Assembly: GCA_951406725.2 (NCBI GenBank)
Contig: OX597817.1
Coordinates: 170,066,001 to 170,130,000 of the forward strand
Origin: Octopus vulgaris
Taxonomy: Eukaryota
DNA: 64,000 nt
Direction: 5' to 3'
In this document: positions 1 to 11,892 of the stretch, piece after piece
Layout: the number at the start of each line of letters is the position of its first letter
How positions within the stretch are numbered: the first letter of the stretch is position 1
Position numbers and translations under genes: made by a program
The notes under the pieces: generated by a model
The model's input: the letters and a program-made list of their open reading frames with translations, nothing else
Told to the model about the DNA's origin: nothing
Databases searched by the model: none

Positions 1-19
1 ATGAAAAAAACAATTCATG

Positions 20-250
20 CTTTCTCTTTTTTATTTGCTGAGTCTGGAGGAAGAGACAGCACCCATGACATTTGTTAATCATTTGAGATCGGTTAGATTG
101 AGGCTATGAAAATTTAGTTTAAATAATTACAAGAAAGACATGAGCAGTAAAAAGATTCCAGAGGGCCAATGTTCCAAGGGCTGGTGGGGGGTGGATTTGA
201 CAGGTGTGACAAAAAATAAAGAAATGAGTGAGCTGGAAGTGCTTAAAACG
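20..250 (-). mobile_element. Decayed CR1/L2-type LINE 3' end
   Basis: The minus strand reads ctctggaatc...gctcatgtctttc, resembling the LWNxLPAHVFP ORF2 C-terminus, followed by an A-rich tail. It resembles the fragments at 16170-17480 and 25560-25900. Confidence 0.4.
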
Positions 251-2169
251 AAAACAGTAGTTTAATGTGTAAATTACATATATAAATTACATAATAATTT
301 ATAATGTTAAATATTCTTCATTTATTTGCAACACAAATGTTATCCCCGCCACCCAAGTTCTTATGGATTGTAATTCACCCATAGTATTGAATAGGTTCCT
401 AACTCTTGATGTAGAAGATTCTTTATTCACTTAATGCAGAGAGAAAGTCGTTTTGTGTGAAGCCAATGTAGAATCGGGAAATGACAACTGACACTATTAT
501 TAATCCTAAGCAATATTAGAAATAGCAATATTAGTATTGATATCCAATAACACATGCAAATTGTTCATGTGATTTGGTTCTGGAAATTCAAGGATGGAAC
601 CTAATTTATAATTTCGGTAAACTCTGCCTCTGACAGTTAAAAAATGATACTGGGCAAATTTAATGGATTAGGAACATCCCCAGTAATACTGACCTTGTGA
701 TTGATCAAAAAATATATCAGTATTTTTCTTATACTTTAGCTACTAACAAACTAGTATCCGCAGTAATTTTACCAGCAAACTATGGAAGAACAAAAGGTTA
801 CTTTAAAAGCTCTTCATTAGTTGATGCTGATTGACCTCAGGTCTACTTTATTTTATGCATTGACTGAATGGCTGGACTGAGAAAAATTAATGTTCCACAT
901 GTAATATCTGAGTAAGTCCACTTAAGTAGATCTCACTACTTGGTGATATCACTTCTCCCCATTCTTTTTACCACAAATATGCAAACACTAAGTATATACA
1001 TCAAATCACATATAAGATCTAATATAAGTATATGCACACAGGGACATGAACATGACACACATTACTTATCTATGTTTGAGCTATTCCCTAAATAAACTCA
1101 TAATATTCCAGCAATATGTAACAAGGTGGCAAACAGATAAGGAAGTTTTCAAAAGAGTTCAACATTAAATTATAACAACTCAATTAGTAAGTTAATCCTG
1201 ATTTCAGGAACATAATTGCTAATTTTAAGGCGCCTTCATACATGATCTATGCAGATATCATTATCAACAATAGAATTAGAATCTTTTGTAAATTAAGAAA
1301 CTGAGTCACATGTAACCGTTGCTGGCCTCAATTCTCAGAAATTAGCTGTTTATGAAGATGAAAGACATATATCTAGCAGTATTCTAGCTGTTATAGGTTT
1401 AGGGAAAATTAGACTTTAAAAATTCCTATTAACATTTATCTATATCTTGTTGGCAAGTCCCAGCAGTGAGCTGCAAGTATTTTTTTCTGTCTCGGGTTGA
1501 TGCTTATACTGTCTAATATCATTTACATTGAAATTGTAGCCATTAATTTATAAACATTTATTGTAGCTTTCATCTGTTTTGAAGAATAATTCTAATGTAA
1601 TCTATACATCATTTTTAGAATCCATAAAGAGATATGTGGAGTTTAGAAAGAAATGCAATAAATATGATCTGTTCAAAATATAACATTGACCTGCATGAGA
1701 GGTATGGCAAAAATAAGCTGAGAATAGTAGCTTGGTATTAAATATATCAATCAATAAATGCAGGAAAGATGACTGCACTGGTAAAGACATGGCACAATGG
1801 ACAAAGAATACTTAGTGGAAAAGTCTTGTCTGTTCTTAGGAACATGTCCATAGTAAAACATAACCCATGGAAATATGGGAAGACATTGTAAGGTCAGATC
1901 TCAGAACAAGGCCTCACAGACAGGTTAACATAAGATCCATATGATTGATATACTGTATTGAAGATACACTTAAGATAGATCTAACTCATACCAGATAGAA
2001 AACAAAATTATGATGATTGTTCTAGTGAATATGATAATACTGTCCTTAATAAAATGCAAAGGTGGACATAATTTTTTATATAACTGACGTAGGTCGTTCA
2101 AATTTCACATGTTGGTTGAATAACTCTTCCTATGCAGTAACACTTGTTCCTGTTCTTCTTCATTGCAAG

Positions 2170-3420
2170 CAAACAATGTATTCCGTTATTGAGGTTTTGA
2201 TAAAGGAGGTGTGTAGGCTGACTGACATTTATTTATAGATGGCAACAGTTTGGTAATAGAGATGACACTATTGATAAAAGCAATGTGCTCAGATGAATGA
2301 AGTAATTTAAAGAAAGGGAAACTGGCATTGAAGACAAACCATGTAGTTGGAAACCTTCAACTGCAATCAATGACACAAATCACCAGTGAGAGGATGAATT
2401 GATATGCATAGACAGATAAGTGATGCTCCATGAGCTTGTTGAACAACTGAAGTGTGGTCACAGGGTATTAAAAAAGATAATGAAAGACTTTGGGTTTTGA
2501 AATGTGTGCAAAGAGGGTATCTTAGTAATTGACACTTGATTTAAAGAAGAGTGTAAGTCTACTGTGGTCTGCTGGAGATGTTTGAAACCAATGAAAGCAT
2601 GTTCTTTTCCCATCTGGCGACAGGGGATGAAATGTGCCTGCATCTTTATGATCCAGAAACAAAGGTTCAGTCCATGAAATGACATCATACCTCTTCAACA
2701 AGATCAAAGAAGTTCAAAAGCCAGCAATTGGCACAGAAACTCAGAAACACAGTTTTGGGGAAAGACAGGGAGCCATTCTCTTTGATTTCCTGGAAAGTGG
2801 CTGTGCAGTGAACAGCAAAGAGTTTATTGAGACACTCAGAAATCTTGGAGAAGCCATTAAGAGGCACAGACTGAGTAAAAATCTGAAAACAATGGGCAGT
2901 TGCTAGGACAGTGCACAACCACACACATATTTGGCAACAAATCAGACAATCATAAAATTAGACTGGTCAGTAGTCCGCTACCATGCACCATACAACTTGG
3001 ATCTGATGCCTTCTGACCTTCACTTGTTTAGTCCAATTAAAGAAGGTCTTCTAAGATGTTTTGATGACAATGACAAAGTGACAATGGGTGTGAAGAAGTA
3101 GGTATGACAGGATATAAGGGCGGTGAGCTGGCAGAATCGTTAGCATGCCGGGCGAAATGCATAGCTGTATTTCGTCTGCCGTTATGTTCTGAGTTCAAAT
3201 TCCACCGAGGTCAACTTTACCTTTCATCCTTTCAGGGTCGATAAATTAATTACCAGTTACGCACTGGGGTCGATGTAATCGACTCAATCCGTTTGTTTTT
3301 CTTTGTTTGTCCCCTCTGTGTTTAGTTCCTTGTGGGTAGTATGACAGGATACACATGAATTTTCTCAAACTATTGAACCGTATCTTCCACATAGGAAGAT
3401 ACTCTGCCAACATGCACAGT
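2170..3420 (+). mobile_element. Decayed mariner transposase pseudogene, interrupted by a SINE at 3119-3341
   Basis: Remnants of the HTH linker (FKERETGIEDKP), the catalytic region (ORF 2679-2906 ILFDFLESGCAVNSKEFIETL) and HAPYNLDLMPSDLHLF, a degenerate YSPDLAPSD motif. Many stops; TIRs not clearly visible. Confidence 0.75.
3119..3341 (+). mobile_element. tRNA-derived SINE, family B (CORE-like)
   Basis: Head ggcggtgagctggcagaatcg, B box gagttcaaattcc, core tttcatcctttcagggtcgataaa. 13-bp TSD gtatgacaggata at 3102-3114 and 3339-3351. Confidence 0.9.
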
Positions 3421-3821
3421 TGAAATTACTTATGTCAGTTAATAAAAAAAAATGTGATTCCTACTTTTGTCTCAGTTTTGGGACAACTTTTGTAATGACA
3501 CCAATGACTTTAACAAAACTGACAATGCCAACGATGAAGATGATAATTATGATGATGAAAACAAGTTGGTAGAAGTAGAAAAAGAATATAGAAAATGATA
3601 TGAAATATTGGTGAAACAAATTAAAGAATAACAAAATGGAAAATAAACACATTTTATCAGTAGTCTTCTCTTGAAATATTTGCCTTAAGATAATTGTAAA
3701 TGTAATCTAATAGAATTTCAGATTACTGAACATTGATCAGCTTTGGATGATTACTAATAAAGCTATCAGATACAGCTGCTAGAGAGGATCTGAATTACAA
3801 CAGTATTTATAAACATCATAT

Positions 3822-3859
<38 letters not shown>

Positions 3860-4084
3860 CCATACAGATAGTGAAGCAAACCAACTGATTAATGGTGAAA
3901 TAAATATTGTGAAAAAAGTCAAGTAATCTTTGTGTGCCACTATTTGATAAATCAGAATAAAAAGGAAATATCAACTGAAATTTTTAAGAAATGTAAGAAT
4001 ATCTAATAGCAGATAATTCTGAATATTTTTAATTTATTAAAACAAGATTGGTATTTTTTTGGTTTCTTTATCTTACTATACAAA

Positions 4085-4232
4085 TCATCATCATCATCAT
4101 CATCATTTAGCGTCTGTTTTCCATGCTAGCATGGGTTGGACGGTTTAACTGGGGTCTGTGAAGCCGGAAGGCTTCATCAAGCCCAGTCAGATTTGGCAGT
4201 GTTTCTACGGCTGGATGCCCTTCCTAACGCCA
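4085..4232 (-). mobile_element. RTE-type LINE 3' end fragment with (GAT)n tail
   Basis: (cat)n followed by ttccatgctagcatgggttggacgg...ggatgcccttcctaacgcc, the reverse complement of the 3' end at 14060-14207. Confidence 0.85.
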
Positions 4233-4495
4233 AAATGATTTAAACAAATGATTTAAACAAATGATTTAAACAAAAGAAAAAAATATGATGTGATGTCCAC
4301 TAATTTTCTATATAGTCTCACAGCTTCAGTTGCTATCAAAATCAGTTTGAAATGATACATAGTGACATTGTCTTGTATGTTTACTACCATACGAATCAAT
4401 GTTCAATTTAAATTATTTTCTAAGTTCTAAACTTTACTCAATCTATTTCCATTATTCAACACCATATATACGAATACTTGCTAATGGTTACATAC

Positions 4496-4530
4496 TCTCA
4501 ACTTCAGCATTAGTGATTCCGAAGCAACCC
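4496..4530 (-). CDS. Weak candidate 35-nt exon of the unidentified minus-strand gene
   Basis: Minus strand gttcacag|gggttgcttcggaatcactaatgctgaagttgaga|gtatgt. Good donor, weak acceptor, GC-richer than its flanks. Reads (W)VASESLMLKLR if joined directly to 8974-9007, or GCFGITNAEVE in another frame. Confidence 0.25.
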
Positions 4531-4759
4531 CTGTGAACTCAAATTTTAAAGTTAATTTGAATTTAATTTATTTTAAATGTAATCAAATGTTTTTGATTTA
4601 AGAGTCAGTAAAAATCAATGGGTGCATAATATGTATAGAGTTTAATTTTATAAATTGGAGTGAGTTGACTTGCTATGAAGAGTGGAAAATCCAATGTTCT
4701 TAACACTTCAGACAGAGAAGAAGAAAAAAAAAGATCTCAACACTAAGACACAAAAATGC

Positions 4760-5100
4760 TAATGGGAGAAAGAAATGGGAAACTGATGTCTAAAAGTAGA
4801 GGTGAAGAAAGGGGGAAGGTCAGGGAGCAATATCGAGGTGGGGTGTGGAAGGCTGGAGCAATATGAAGAGGAAATAAAAAATCTGGAGAGAGGGATGAAC
4901 AAAGTAGTAGATGGGTGGAGTAGGGGAAAAGATAGAAGGTTGGATAAGGAGGAGAGGGTCAAGGGAAAATGGGTGAGAGGATACAAACACCGTAACAAAG
5001 TCAACCAGGAGGAGGAGGAGGAGGAAGAAGGCAGGAATGAGTTAGTAACAATGACTGGACCAATACTAATTAAAGTCTATTCAAAAATACATATAAAAAG
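4760..5100 (-). mobile_element. Heavily decayed Penelope-like ORF fragment (RT to GIY-YIG linker)
   Basis: Minus translation LSFPLLHPSTT...LLPDLPP resembles the PFxLTYHP...IFPDLP linker of Penelope-like elements. Recognised from memory only. Confidence 0.3.
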
Positions 5101-5269
5101 TTAGTTAGTTTTGGGGAAACTGAAACGTTAGGAAGGGGTACAGGGAACGGGGGGTGGGGGCAGAAAATATAGTAGTCTTTGAAGAGAGGTAAAGAAAATA
5201 AATATTTTATAAAAATAAAAATAAAACAGGAGCTGGTATTATATCAATGAGATCTGAAAGGACATCAAA

Positions 5270-5945
5270 TATAAACATGCACATGTCATCAGTGCTTTAT
5301 GTCCACTTTCTATGCAGACATGGGTTGGATGAGTTGTTGCTTTCTGAGATGAGTAAGAAGACTATGTCTCACTCATAAGCTTCGGATTTGGCTTGGATTC
5401 TATGGCTGCCTTTACTAACACTAGAGGGGTTGCCATGACTTCAACAAGACTAAAACGGCCTCTTGACCCCACACTTAACTGAATGCATTGTGTGTATTTT
5501 ATCATGGCAACAATGCTGTAAACAAATAGGAGTGAGAGTTTGATGGATATCAGGAGAAGAATCAACAGTGAAAGTGATGACAGATGTCAGCACTTAATGG
5601 CCAAAAGGCAAGAATTGATAGAGTGTATAGGGTACCTACATATTTGATAATGTCCCTTGTACATGTTGCTCAAGATGGGTGAAACAGCTAAGATAATAAG
5701 GATGAGAGAGGTAGAGATGGAGCATTAATGATAAGGCTAGAAAGATCTAGTGGTATCTCTAAAAGCAATGTATGGTAAACAGAAGGCATTCACCATCCTT
5801 TGTCTCACACACACATACATATATCATCATCATATATACATTTAATGTCTGGTTTTTTTTTTGCTGGCATGGGTTGGACTTTTTGACAGAAGACTCCAGC
5901 CAGAGGCATGGTTTCTATGGCTGGATACCTTCCTAATGCCAACCA
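5270..5945 (-). mobile_element. Decayed RTE-type 3' UTR fragments
   Basis: catgggttgga at 5319 and 5868, and tttctatggctggataccttcctaatgccaacc, match the RTE 3' end family. Confidence 0.55.
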
Positions 5946-5949
5946 TGTA

Positions 5950-7214
5950 ATGGTCATCCCATAAGTTCTGTCCAATTTTACATTTTTTTAAAAACTGAAT
6001 GAAATTTAATAGTATTTTAGAATGTCTAATGGAATTAAAAATTATTTTTATGCATTTGTGTACATTTAAACTAATTAAATATCATTTTACAGAATAATAG
6101 AATTAAAATTTCATTGATTAAAACCCTTTTTAACAAGGAAGTATCCAAAGAGCATTTAAAGCATATAATGCTTTATGAGTACAAAAAAGGAAACTCTGCA
6201 GCTGAAGCAACTCGAAACACACACTCAGTTTATGGGAAAGAATGCTTGAATGAAAGAACTTGCAGAAGATGGTTTGCAAAATTCAGAAGTGGAGATTTCA
6301 GCCTTCAAGATGAAGATCAAAGAGGACATCCAGTTGAGTCTGATAAGCTCCTTGAGGCATTACTTGAAGAAAATCCTGCATTATCAGTTGAAGAATTGGC
6401 AATAAAGCTTAGTTCATCATCATCTTCAACAACTTGGAAAGGTTCCAAAACTTGGAAAATGGGTGCCTCGTGAATTGTCTGAAAGCAACCACAAATCCCA
6501 AGTTGACATCTGCTCTTCTCTCCATTCTTGAACTCATTTCACCCTTTCTGGATAGACTTGTGACTGGTAACAAAAAAATGGATCTTCTATCAAAATGTTA
6601 AACGCCGTAAGCAGTGGCTTGGTAGAAGGGAAAAAGCTCAACCACAACCAAAAAGGGAACTTCATGGGAAAAAGGTCCTTCTCTATCTGGTGGTATTGCA
6701 AAGGAGTAATTCACTTTGGATTGTTACCACCTAATGCAACAATCGATGCTCAAGTATACTGTCAGCAATTAGAGCATTTGAACCAAACTTTGAAGAAAAA
6801 ATGACACGCTTTAGTGAATCGATAGGAGTGATGTTTCATCAGGACATTGCGCAACCCCACACTGCAAAGATCACATCACAGAAGATCGAAGAGTTTGGTT
6901 GGGAAAAAATTCCTCATCCACCTTATTCACCCAACCGTGGTCCTTCAGACTACCATTTGTTTCGTAGTTTACAGAATCATTTGGGGGACATAACTTTTGC
7001 AAGCCAGGAAGAGGGCGAAACTGACATTTCAGAGTTCTTTACTTTGAAACCAAAAGAGTTTTACATTGATGGGATTAAAAAGTTTGTAAATAGATGGAAG
7101 GAAGTCATAGATAATCAGGGAAAGTATATTGATGATTAAATTTCAATTAAATATAACATTTGATCACTTGTTTTCCTTATTCAAAATTCGGACAGAACTT
7201 ATGGGATGACTTGA
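5950..7214 (+). mobile_element. Full-length mariner (DD34D-type) element with frameshifted transposase
   Basis: Perfect 21-bp inverted repeats gtcatcccataagttctgtcc (5953-5973) and ggacagaacttatgggatgac (7190-7210). ORF pieces 6114-6473, 6595-6804 and 6801-7139 contain the HTH (RTCRRWFAKFRSGDFSL), HQDIAQPH and HPPYSPNRGPSDYHLF; WVPREL is present in a shifted frame. Confidence 0.95.
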
Positions 7215-7227
7215 TTATATATATATA

Positions 7228-7620
7228 CTAGCAGTATCGCCCGGCGTTGCTCGGGTTTGTAAGGGAAATAACTATATAAGCATTTTTAGAGAGTTATAGC
7301 CAAAAAAGCAAATAAATGCATTAAAAATGGAAAAAAAATTATGGTAAATTTTTTTTTAAATCGTTGACTCATCGTAGACATTTTTAGAGAGTTACTTCTC
7401 TTATATAATAGCGAAAAAATGCATTAAAATGGAAAAAAATGATGGTAAATTTTTTTTTAAATCGTAGACTCATCGTAGACGTGCGCTAATACCCAGAAGG
7501 GCTCGATATGAATCACGACTGTAAGATACTGGTTAAACTGCACCGCAAAATGTGGGAGTAGTTAGGAATCTAAATCGTACTAGTCAGACACACAACTTCT
7601 CTTTTATATATATATAAAAA
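7228..7620 (-). mobile_element. Non-autonomous Helitron, family H1
   Basis: The minus-strand 3' end is a hairpin (cccgagcaacgccggg) followed by CTAG|T; the 5' end is TA-rich. Near-identical to 42402-42800. Confidence 0.85.
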
Positions 7621-8041
7621 CAAGAGACAAAGACAGGTAAGGGAACAAGAAGATGTTTAAGTTTGACGCTTGGGAAGAATGGAAAAGTCTATGGTATTTC
7701 AACCCTATGCCCTTCAACAGAAAGGGTTGAAAAGAAGGTAGAGAGAAAGAGAGAGGTGTTTGTGTGTGTGTGTGTATCATTATTATTATGCAAAAGTGTT
7801 GTAAGTTCAAAACATTGCTTTTTCAGAAAAAAGTAAAACTAGTTTTACACTTCCATAGTAAAACTGTTTGACTACACTTTAAAAATATTTGATATCTTGC
7901 CATCTGAAGCAACTGGAGATATGATAGTTTGACCAAAAGAACCAGCTATTACAAGCAAAAATAAACAGTGGAAAACAAAATGCATTTGGTCAAATTTGGA
8001 CATATGACAGTTTAACATAATAGCAACAATATTATAGTATA

Positions 8042-8461
8042 GGCGCAGGAGTGGCTGTGTGGTAAGTAGCTTGCTAACCAACCACATGGTTCCGGGTTCA
8101 GTCCCACTGTGTGGCATCTTGGGCAAGTGTCTTCTGCTATAGCCCCGGGCTGACCAATGCCTTGTGAGTGGATTTGGTAGACGGAAACTGAAAGAAGCCT
8201 GTCGTATATATGTATATATATATATAAGAGTGTGTGTGTTTGTGTGTCTGTGTTTGTCCCCCTAGCATTGCTTGACAACCGATGCTGGTGTGTCTACGTC
8301 CCCGCCACTTAGCAGTTCGGCAAAAGAGACCGATAGAATAAGTACTGGGCTTACAAAGAATAAGTTCCGGGGTCGATTTGATCGACTAAAGGCGGTGCTC
8401 CAGCATGGCCGCAGTCAAATGACTGAAACAAGTAAAAGAGTAAAGAGTAAAAGAGTAAAAG
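8042..8461 (+). mobile_element. tRNA-derived SINE, family A, full length
   Basis: A box tggctgtgtgg, B box ggttcagtccc, core gccttgtgagtggatttggtagacggaaactgaaagaagcc (MetaSINE-like, from memory), internal (TA)(TG) microsatellite and (gtaaaaga)n tail. Confidence 0.92.
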
Positions 8462-8973
8462 AATATTATATACCACAAACATTATACACAGAATGCAAAT
8501 ATGTAAACACAATATATCTTATACACATAACACACATATACCAAGTTTTATTGAAATTGATTATGAACAAAACTCTGAGCTTACTCTCATGGAATAATGT
8601 GACCAATAATATATGAAGAATCATAAACTTAAGGTCAAAAACCTTGTTTATTATCTATCAAACACAGAACATAGTAAATACTCTTCTTAGAATGGGAAAG
8701 TTGAAGTAGCAATAAGCTTTATTACTTGGAAGCTACTATATCTCTTTAAAGATTAAATAAAATCAATTTTATTGTGTGAAATATTACTTTTGTAATTACT
8801 TCATAATATAGTAAAACACAAGAAAATGTAAGTCAACAAAAACAAAATTCTTTTAATACTCCACATCACCATCTGATATATTTACTACTTTTGGTGTTTC
8901 AATCTTCTTTCTATCTGAGGCACATTATTTATGTAATGATGAGAGGCAAAAAAAAAAATGTTGGTTTCCTTAC

Positions 8974-9007
8974 ATAGAGCTCGAATTTTAGGACTTGAAC
9001 CAATATC
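8974..9007 (-). CDS. Candidate 34-nt internal exon of the unidentified host gene (DIGSSPKIRAL)
   Basis: Minus strand tttttacagttacatttag|gatattggttcaagtcctaaaattcgagctctat|gtaagg. Phase 0 start matches the phase 0 end of 12498-12546. Confidence 0.5.
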
Positions 9008-9191
9008 CTAAATGTAACTGTAAAAACTTTCAGAATCTAGTTTGAAGATGTTTTAGACTATTTTACATTTCATTCTGTAGTTTATAATGGCACAAAATAC
9101 GTTCCTTTTTTTAAATCTTTACCACTGAAAGAAATAAACTTTTATTATATTGATACAAAGTATTTGTCATAAAGCCAAAATTATTAAAGGC

Positions 9192-9257
9192 TATTAATCA
9201 GTTGTGCATACAATATTTATCAGTTGTGTATAGAATATTTATCAGGTGTGTATAGAA
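9192..9257. repeat. 22-bp tandem repeat, three copies
   Basis: tatttatcagttgtgtatagaa repeated three times with a few substitutions. Confidence 0.85.
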
Positions 9258-9809
9258 CTCAAAAGAAAAAAACATAATGAGACAGCTTATTTAATTTAAC
9301 ATATAATTCATTAACAATCTAATCATGAAATTAAATGTCATTCCTTCACGTTAAATACCATAAAATTTGGTTTTAAAATATCTTGATGCAGATTGTATAC
9401 CTATATAGAATGTTTATATGTTCAGTCTGAGCATAAATAACAAAAAACCTCAAAAAGTGAAGATAAATTAGTAACAGTAATAAAAGCAGAAAATATTCTA
9501 AAATATCTAAATGTGTGTGCAAGCACATACACACACATGCATATTGTCATCATCATTTGAATGACTATTTTTCCATGCTTACATAGAGTAGGCAGGATTT
9601 CTTGAGTCAGATTTTCTATGACCACATGCTCTTTTCCTGTCACAAAACCTCACTGATTTCCAAGTAAGATAATATTTTCCTATAGCCGAGATATGTTTCC
9701 GAGAAAGATTGCAAACAGACAACACATCTTGTATGATGACAATATTTGTTTACATTAGTGTGTGATGTCAAGACAGGGAGACAGAAAAAGTTGGGGTGGG
9801 GGAGGGGGA

Positions 9810-10080
9810 CATGCCTCAGTGATTAGGAAGTTGTACTCATGATTGCGAGTTCATGGTTTCAATTCCTGGACCAGCTGGTGTGTTGTGTCACGGAGCAAAA
9901 CTTTTCATCCCACATTACACTGTGATCAGTACGACACCTGATGTTTGGTGCACTGTGCACCAGTCCAGGAAACATCAATTAGATGGAAGGGGGTGAGTTA
10001 ATGTACAGTACATACATTTGATCACTATAAACAAATCATTTGATTTGTGCAAGTTATTCAGCAAGAAACTGCAGCAGAAC
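9810..10080 (+). mobile_element. tRNA-derived SINE, family E, decayed
   Basis: gcctcagtgattagg...ggtttcaattcctggaccag...tgtgttgtgtc...atcactataaacaaatcattt. Related copies at 37720-37970, 56072-56335 and 57745-57890. Confidence 0.7.
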
Positions 10081-10083
10081 CAT

Positions 10084-10124
<41 letters not shown>

Positions 10125-10139
10125 CATACACATACACAC

Positions 10140-10310
10140 ATACATACATGCATACACAAAATGAGCTTCTTTTCAGCTTCCACTTACCATATTCACTTAT
10201 AAAATTCTGGTTGGCCTAGGGTTATACTAGGGGAAACTTGCCCAAGGTGTCAAGTATTAGAACTGAAACAAAATCATGGTTGTGAAGCGAAGTTAATATG
10301 GCCATGCCTA
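10140..10310 (-). mobile_element. Decayed SINE family A, 5' part
   Basis: gcttcttttcagcttcc...cttgcccaaggtgtc...catggttg matches the reverse complement of the family A head and core. Confidence 0.65.
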
Positions 10311-10384
10311 CACATCCATCCATCCATCCAAATATATATATATACATATATATACATATATATAAACTAAATATATATATATAT

Positions 10385-10570
10385 ATTAGGCAATGAACAA
10401 AAAAATTAAGACAACGCAAAGAAGACAAATTTTAATAAATGTATCAGTTTAACACTTAAAATGAAGGGAAAGAGTCTTGACGTTTTGGATGTAGATCTTT
10501 CATCAGAAAAGATGAAGAATGAGAAAAGTTTGTGGAAAAATATAAAGAAGGCAAAAAGATGGTTGATACA
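10385..10570 (-). mobile_element. Penelope-like terminal-repeat fragment with a decayed hammerhead motif (10476-10511)
   Basis: Flanked by (TA)n. Minus strand CTGATGA-a-agatctacatcc-AAAAC-GT-C; related to 16686-16880. Confidence 0.55.
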
Positions 10571-10608
10571 TATGTGTATATATATATATATGTATATATA
10601 TCATCACT

Positions 10609-11130
10609 AAAACATAAATCCAAAACAGATGCACACTGTCTAAGTTATAGAGCAGTATATTATATAAATAAAGTTAGATAAAGCCTGCTTATGGAATTAC
10701 CCTGGGTTTCATGTCCATAAAGCACTTACAGCGTATCATAAGATTGTGCTTCTGTTTCAAATTTATGTTTTACCAACGATCCGTCTCACATCCTGGCCAG
10801 AGTGTTCTACAAAGACCATGTAGTTAGTGTTAAATAGCTGTCCAGTCGGTCATGCTTATACATATTTATAATAAGCCAACCGGTTCGTGATCAGAAGATA
10901 CACCATACAGCTAAGCATTTTATGGATGTGAAACCCAGGGTAATCCCATAAACAGGTCTTATCTAACTTTATTTATATAATATACTGCTCTATAACTTAG
11001 GGGGTGCTTTTGTTTCGGATTTATGTTTTGCCAATAATCCATCTTGCTCCCTGGCCAGAGTGTTTTACAAAGACCATGTGGTTTGTGCTAAATAGCAGGC
11101 CATGATTATATATACTTACAGAAACCACCT
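10609..11130. mobile_element. Penelope-like fragment with inverted and tandem duplications
   Basis: 10609-10727 is an inverted copy of 10911-11029, and 10745-10870 is a direct copy of 11004-11120. Flanked by microsatellites. Confidence 0.55.
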
Positions 11131-11360
11131 AGTGTGTGTGTGTGTGTGTGTGTGTATTTATAAATAAGGATAAGATCGATATTTAAATAGCGATCTTATC
11201 AAGTGGCCAACATGGGAATAAAAACCTTACAAAGGTAATAATTATTTAAAACTATAAATTAGGGTATCCGAGAGATACCACTACACTGAAATAGCAGTCA
11301 AAACCTGCCCCTAAAGCCACCTTAAATGTTCATATAGCACTAGGAGAGTAGACAGAGAGA

Positions 11361-11398
<38 letters not shown>

Positions 11399-11403
<5 letters not shown>

Positions 11404-11707
11404 AGATAAGAAACTGGAGAAATACATCTAAATCAAATATCAATTACCAGATAATACTCAATCACATACTTTATTAAACCACCACATAAGAGACTGTAGG
11501 GTTAAACATAAAAAAGCAGAACAAATCAGTGTACATAAAGGAATGTACACTTTTTTATGTACATTCCTTTGTGTACACTGATTTGTTCTGCTTTTTATAT
11601 TTAACCCTACAGTCTCTTATGTGGTGGTTTAATAAAGTATGTGATTGAGTATTATCTGGTAATTGATATTTGATTTAGATGTATTTCTCCATTTTCTTAT
11701 CTTGTAT
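11399..11707. repeat. Near-perfect palindrome, about 150-bp arms and 8-nt spacer
   Basis: Arms 11399-11549 and 11558-11707 differ by 3 substitutions and one 1-nt indel; spacer ctttttta. Confidence 0.97.
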
Positions 11708-11842
11708 TAGTAATTTGTGGTAAATCATTTTACCTTTGCCCATATAATATAGTAAATGAATTAATTGCATTGCAATCATTAACATTTATGTATTAATTTT
11801 GTTGGGTACTTCACTAACAGTATATTGGATATATGTTATCCC

Positions 11843-11892
11843 ATGGAGGGTTGCATTTACAACCCCTATGGAGGGTTGCATTTACAACCCCT
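11843..11892. repeat. Perfect 25-bp tandem duplication
   Basis: atggagggttgcatttacaacccct twice. Confidence 0.95.

Noticed and set aside
8042-8115. tRNA-like sequences with A and B boxes (also at all other SINE heads)
   Set aside because: They are heads of multi-copy SINEs continuing into core and tail, without a complete cloverleaf.
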